Shown here: positions 59,193-64,000 of the stretch, in pieces
How positions within the stretch are numbered: position 1 is the first letter of the stretch
Layout of the letters: every line of letters begins with the position of its first letter
Assembly (NCBI GenBank): GCA_027604505.1
Contig: JADIIX010000119.1
Span: 1-64,000 of the forward strand
Reading direction: 5' to 3'
Length of the DNA stretch: 64,000 bases
From: Gonapodya sp. JEL0774
Taxonomy: Eukaryota
Program-made: the position numbers and the translations under genes
Notes under the pieces: model-generated
Seen by the model: the letters and a program-made list of their open reading frames with translations, nothing else
Database searches by the model: none
Told to the model about the DNA's origin: nothing

Positions 59193-59528
59193 TACCCCTC
59201 CCCTTATTAACAAGTTTCTCGTTTATGCAATTTTATTGAGTTGGTAAAACTAGCGATTCAAGCTTTGTTGAGTAGAGAGAGCGCGGGGGGAGGTGGAAGG
59301 GGTGTTGGGGGTTTTGGAGAAGGTTGGGGGGGGGCATGTTTACCCGGCGTTCCTGCCAGATGTGCGAACTCGTGCCACGAACGTTGCTGTAAGCGCCCAA
59401 TGTTTTTTTTTCAGAGCAATAATAAGATAAGCAAGATACACAGCGTTTTGTGAGTCATGCATGTGTGGCACAGGCTGTCAACAAGGATAGAGCGCGCATA
59501 CAGATTTCTCTTCCAAGACCGAGAGCAA

Positions 59529-60344
59529 ATGGCGTCTTCATCCGCCGCCGCCGCCGCCGCCACCGCCGCTGACGAGAACCAGCCACCTCAGCGGAAGGAG
59601 CCTCGCTTCGTCCGAACCCTACAGCTCACACACAGCGCCTTCCTCTTCGCCCAGTCGATCCTCGCACCCCAAAATGCAGATTCGAACCTGGTCAGCCTCG
59701 CAAGTCTGATCAATAAACCGGAGGGATACGATCTTCAGGTCCTTGTGCACAATTTGAGCCGAACTCTGGCAACGGTGATAGAGTCTTGTTCCCGCAACCA
59801 CAACATTCGAATTCTCCAGTTCGTGTTTTTCAAGCGTAAAAACATGCTACCCCGAGCCCCGGAATCAAATATTGAGCCCTGGGTAAAAGAGGTGACAACA
59901 AAACTGGCTGCAAACATCAATATTTTCCCGGGGCTGGTCATTGCGTTAGTCCCCTTCAAAGCAACTCTCCGAGCAATCCTTCGAGCGGCTGGCCATACAA
60001 TACCCAATACAGCGTCTTCAATGATAGAAATCGGAGGCTCTGGCGGCCCCGTCATTATGGAGGACACACTATGCTTGGTTGCAGCCCTCTGGACCAACAG
60101 GTCGGCCATGTCGAGTGCATCCTCCCTCAAGGTTCTCAAAATCGAAGCATGTGGATTTCTTTGCTCATATGGCTGGCTTGCGCAAGCAGTGCGGGCCTGG
60201 TGGCGGTCCTCAGGGTCCAACTGTGACTATGTGCGAAACAGAAATGCTGTGATTCTGGTTTGGTCCAGACCTGGTCCCACGAATATTACAATAAGTGTGA
60301 TAAAAGTGCACTCAACAAATCGACTTGACATTGGAGCAATATGA
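59529..60344 (+). CDS. Intronless ORF of unknown function with a poly-Ala N-terminus; possibly disrupted at its 3' end
   Basis: About 270 open codons from MASSSAAAAAATAADEN; it stops inside a local repeat cluster, and a second ORF (60366-60650) follows. Confidence 0.4.
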   Translation: MASSSAAAAAATAADENQPPQRKEPRFVRTLQLTHSAFLFAQSILAPQNADSNLVSLASLINKPEGYDLQVLVHNLSRTLATVIESCSRNHNIRILQFVFFKRKNMLPRAPESNIEPWVKEVTTKLAANINIFPGLVIALVPFKATLRAILRAAGHTIPNTASSMIEIGGSGGPVIMEDTLCLVAALWTNRSAMSSASSLKVLKIEACGFLCSYGWLAQAVRAWWRSSGSNCDYVRNRNAVILVWSRPGPTNITISVIKVHSTNRLDIGAI

Positions 60345-60419
60345 AATACTCCTGTCTGGAGCAATATGAAAACTGCAAGAAATCGTTTTGAGATTGCTCC
60401 AGGCTGGAGCAATATGAAA
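60332..60419. repeat. Three direct copies of TGGAGCAATATGAAA plus an inverted partial copy
   Basis: Copies at 60332-60346, 60357-60371 and 60405-60419; palindrome ATTGCTCCAG-G-CTGGAGCAAT at 60393-60413. Confidence 0.9.
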
Positions 60420-60815
60420 AATGCACTTTTTGACAAATCCTTCCAAGGGTCTCTATTCGACTCTATCCCACAGGCCATCTTGCTGAACCGACAGTGGCTG
60501 CTGACTGTAGATATCCCTCTGGGCGTAGAGTACGTTGAAGCGGAAGAAATCCGCCAGTTCGGCGGCCCAGCTAAGATTCTCATCTGGGACCCCTTCTGGA
60601 AAGTGGTTTATCTGCGTTCAGCAGGACCAGACAACACTTGTGGCAGATGAGGTTGAATACCAGTGATGTGTAGTGCTGGGCACTCTCGAGAGAAGCCTTC
60701 CCGACGAGCATCGGTATGTTGTTGGAGACACCGACCCGTTTGGGGTGGGCCTCAGCAAGCTGTGGTCACAAACACACTCTCCCGGTAGAATCCCCAACCA
60801 CCAATTTCATCCTCG

Positions 60816-63800
60816 ATGCTCATGTCCGCTGACTCCCCCAGCTCTCCTCCTGTGGAAAACGCGGTCGATGGGTCACCTCACCCCCATGATGATGCCACAG
60901 AACGGACTCTTGACCCGCCGACCACTCCACATGTGCCTCCATTCACGCTTGCGGAACTAGAGAATCGCTGTGGGATGGGTATTTCTGAATTCCTGAACGC
61001 CGTCGCCATGTCTGGCGACAATGGCCCCCTGAAAGTGAGCAATGTCTGCAGCTGTTTACCATTCAAAATCCTGAGTGACTGTGGTTCTAATTGCATAGCT
61101 AGCCAAATGGCTCATAGATGAACGTGGCATATTTCAAGTACTGGATGGGCCAGGTGCGTCAAGGCTACTAGAACTTCTTGCCGTCGACCATCACAAAGCC
61201 AGTACTCTGTACTCTCATTCCGACCAAGCGTGTCTTGCTCTAACACTCAATCATCCTGATAGACCATGGCAGAATGCGTTTCTCGAACAGCGCCTCTCGT
61301 AGATATACCAACAACGCCACCAACACATGTTCAGATGTCAACCGCAAAGAAACCAGATTGGGAGATCCCACCTGGAGAAGTGGAGTATGCGGAGAAAAAG
61401 GTACTCGGCAAAGGAGGATACGGTTCAGTATGCGAAGGCGTGTACAGGAAGCAGACTCCTGTGGCAGTCAAGAAAGTTGCAATCTCTGGGACCTATTTGC
61501 TGGAGGTCTGTGTTAGTGCCTCACAGCATGGTCATGTTTTGTTGTTTTTAAATTGAGTTTGCTCCAGGACTATCGGAACGAAGTTGAAGTGTGGTACAGG
61601 CTTCGACACCCCAATGTTCTGCAGCTCCTTGGAGTCATCCTAGACAGTGATCATGTCCTTTTCATATCTCCTCTGATGTCCAAAGGAGATTGCGCGAACT
61701 ATTTGACATCATTTTCCGATGGAAATGAGCGTCAATGTAAAGCCGTTGCCTTGGTATGTTGTGGTTGAGGCAATGCGCTCGGGTTGCGTTTAAACTCACA
61801 GTCGAACACAGCTTCGAGATATTGCCATTGGGATGGACGCTCTTCACGCCAAAGGCGTCGTTCATACAGACCTTAAACCTGCTAATGTTCTCGTGAATGA
61901 TTTGGGTATTGGTGTCATCACAGATTTTGGCTTTGCAAAGAACTCGCCACTTGACGACAATGACCTTCTAGTGACCGGATCAGGGAAACTTAGGGTTGAA
62001 GCCACAAAAATCCCATACCATACGTTGTTCCGTATGCCAAACTCACAGGAGCGTCCAGGGACTGCTTTCTACATGCCACCAGAACGCCTAGAACGACGGG
62101 GCACAACTAAGCAAGGCGATGTTTATGCATTTGGAATCATGATTGTCACGGTGAGTGAGACGGCAATCGATTACGGGTGAGCGAGCTCTAAAGTTACCCC
62201 TTCTTGCTGCGCCAGATGTGGACAGATGAAACAGCCTACCCAGTGTCATCCACGGGAATATTTGATGATATTTGCTTCAAAAACCTCAGGCCAAGTATCC
62301 CAGACGATATGCCCGAAGAGCTGGTGTCACTCATGAAAAGTTGCTGGGATGAAGATCCATCAAAGCGACCTAACTTCACCCAGATTGCAGAGACGATGAA
62401 GAGCATTGCGTTGGTAGTTCTGAGTAATTGTCGGCAGAAACGGCACACACTGATCTGCATCTATAGGAATCAGATCAGCGACCTTCTGGGACAACATCTG
62501 GCCCGTCTTTACTTTGTACAGAATCCTTCCGAACATACAATGAAAATGCAAGGTAAAGCCTCAGTACCACAGTTTTGAGTGCTGTGTTTTAAAAGGAGTT
62601 TTTCTCTAGACGGACAATTCCAAAGACTGAGGTTCGAGTACTTGCCAGAAGTACTCAAGACCAACACTGTGCTGACGAGTCTGAATCTTTACGGTGAGTG
62701 TCGTGAATGTGTGTTTGCAAGCCCGAATCAAGGTCACATGGTCCCTCTTGCCACTGGTGCCACTGGTCCCGCCAAATGAACAGACAACAAGATTGGAGCT
62801 GACGGTGCCAAGGCACTGGCCGAGGCGCTCAAGAACAACACTGCTCTGACGAGTTTGGACCTGGGTGGTGAGTGTCGAGAATGTGTGTTTGCAAGCCTGA
62901 ATCAAGGTCACATGGTCCCGCGAAATGAACAGACAACGAGATTGGTGCTAACGGTGCCAAGGCGCTGGCCGAGGCGCTCAAGACCAACACTGCGCTGACG
63001 AGTTTGAACCTGGGTGGTGAGTGTCGTGAATGTGTGTTTGCAAGCCCGAGGCAAATTCACACGGTCTCTCTTGCCACTGGTGCCACTGGTGCCACGAAAT
63101 GAACAGTCAACAAGACTGGCGCTGACGGTGCTACGGCGCTGGCCGAGGCGCTCAAGACCAACACTGCGCTGACGAGTCTTGACCTGACCAGTGAGTGTCG
63201 TGAATGTGTGTTTGCAAGCCCGAATCAAGGTCACATGGTCCCTCTTGCCACTGGTGCCACTGGTCCCGNNNNNNNNNNNNNNNNNNNNNNNNNNNNNNNN
63301 NNNNNNNNNNNNNNNNNNNNNNNNNNNNNNNNNNNNNNNNNNNNNNNNNNNNNNNNNNNNNNNNNCCGCGAAATGAACAGGGAACGGGATTGACGCTGAC
63401 AGTGCCAAAGCACTGGCCGAGGCGCTCAAGACCAACACTGCGCTGACGAGTCTTAACCTGTCATGTGAGTGTCGTGAATGTGTGTATGCAAGCCCGAATC
63501 AAGGTCACATGGTTTGTCTTGCCTCTGGTGCCACTGATCCCACGAAATGAACAGTCAACAGTATTGGCGCTGACGGTGCGAAGGCGCTGGCCGAGGCACT
63601 CAAGACCAACACTGCGCTAACGAGTCTGAATCTTTACGGTGAGTGTCGTGAATGTATGTTTGCAAGGCCGAATCAAGGTCACATTGTCCCTCTTGCCACT
63701 GTTGCCACTGGTCCCGCGAAATGAACAGGGAACAAGATTGAAGATGACGGTGCCAAGGCGCTGACCGAGGTGCTCAAGACCAACACTGCGCTGACAACTT

Positions 63801-64000
63801 TGAATCTGCAATGTGAGTGTCGTGAATGTGTGTTTGCAAGGCCGAATCAAGGTCACATGGTCCCTCTTGCCACTGGTGCCCCTGGTCCCGCGAAATGAAC
63901 AGATAACGCGATTGGTTCTGACGGTGCCAAGGCGCTGGCCGAGGCGCTCAAGACCAACACTGCGCTGACAACTTTGAATGTGCAATGTGAGTGTCGTGAA
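60816..64000 (+). CDS. TKL-like protein kinase fused to RNI/NLRC3-type 28-aa LRRs; runs off the window end
   Basis: WEIPPGEV, LGKGGYGSV, VAVKK, EVEVWYRLRHPNVLQLLG, HTDLKPANVL, DFG, GTAFYMPPE, DVYAFG, CWDEDPSKRPNF, then spliced NKIGADGAKALAEALKTNTALTSLNL repeats; start exon tentative. Confidence 0.88.
62610..64000 (+). repeat. 174-bp tandem array of an 84-nt LRR exon plus a 90-nt intron
   Basis: Exons at 62610-62693, 62784-62867, 62933-63016, 63107-63190, 63381-63464, 63555-63638, 63729-63812 and 63903-63986; introns GTGAGTGTCG...AAATGAACAG. Confidence 0.95.
63269..63365. other. Assembly gap inside the LRR array
   Basis: Run of 97 N. Confidence 0.95.

Noticed and set aside
62610..62660. Possible frameshift in the first LRR exon (alternative frame RTIPKTEVRVLA)
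   Set aside because: An in-frame splice path exists (NQISDLLGQHLARL..MQD-GQFQRLRFEYLPEVLKTN) with a standard 84-nt exon, so no frameshift is needed
62610..64000. CRISPR-like regularly spaced repeats
   Set aside because: The constant parts are GT-AG introns and the intervening parts are mutually homologous LRR exons; eukaryotic context and no cas genes

Overview
Eukaryotic, intron-rich fungal genomic DNA with short GT-AG introns, many micro-exons and two N gaps. A Zn2Cys6 factor together with TPP2, an ANP32-like gene and an RNI-type LRR kinase suggests an early-diverging, chytrid-like fungus; this is an inference, not a database result. The first ~47 kb is mostly core genes: Tfc4 3' part, Hir1/HIRA, Uso1, an Hlj1/DNAJB12-type J protein, an Agd3-like deacetylase, an ABCB/MDR transporter, a PB1 protein, an ACS-family MFS permease, TPP2, a tail-anchored low-complexity protein and a Zn2Cys6 factor. 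The last ~17 kb looks accessory: a GH18 chitinase carrying five copies of an unrecognised Cys2/Trp3 module, each using a 14-nt micro-exon; a RING/TRAF-like ligase; a frameshifted F-box-like/ankyrin gene; degenerate ORFs; and a kinase-LRR gene. The kinase-LRR gene is the strongest candidate for a new system. Its LRRs are a tandem array of 174-bp cassettes (84-nt exon plus near-identical 90-nt intron), with variation concentrated in the codons around each splice junction, consistent with a diversifying receptor. All exon boundaries were inferred by eye.
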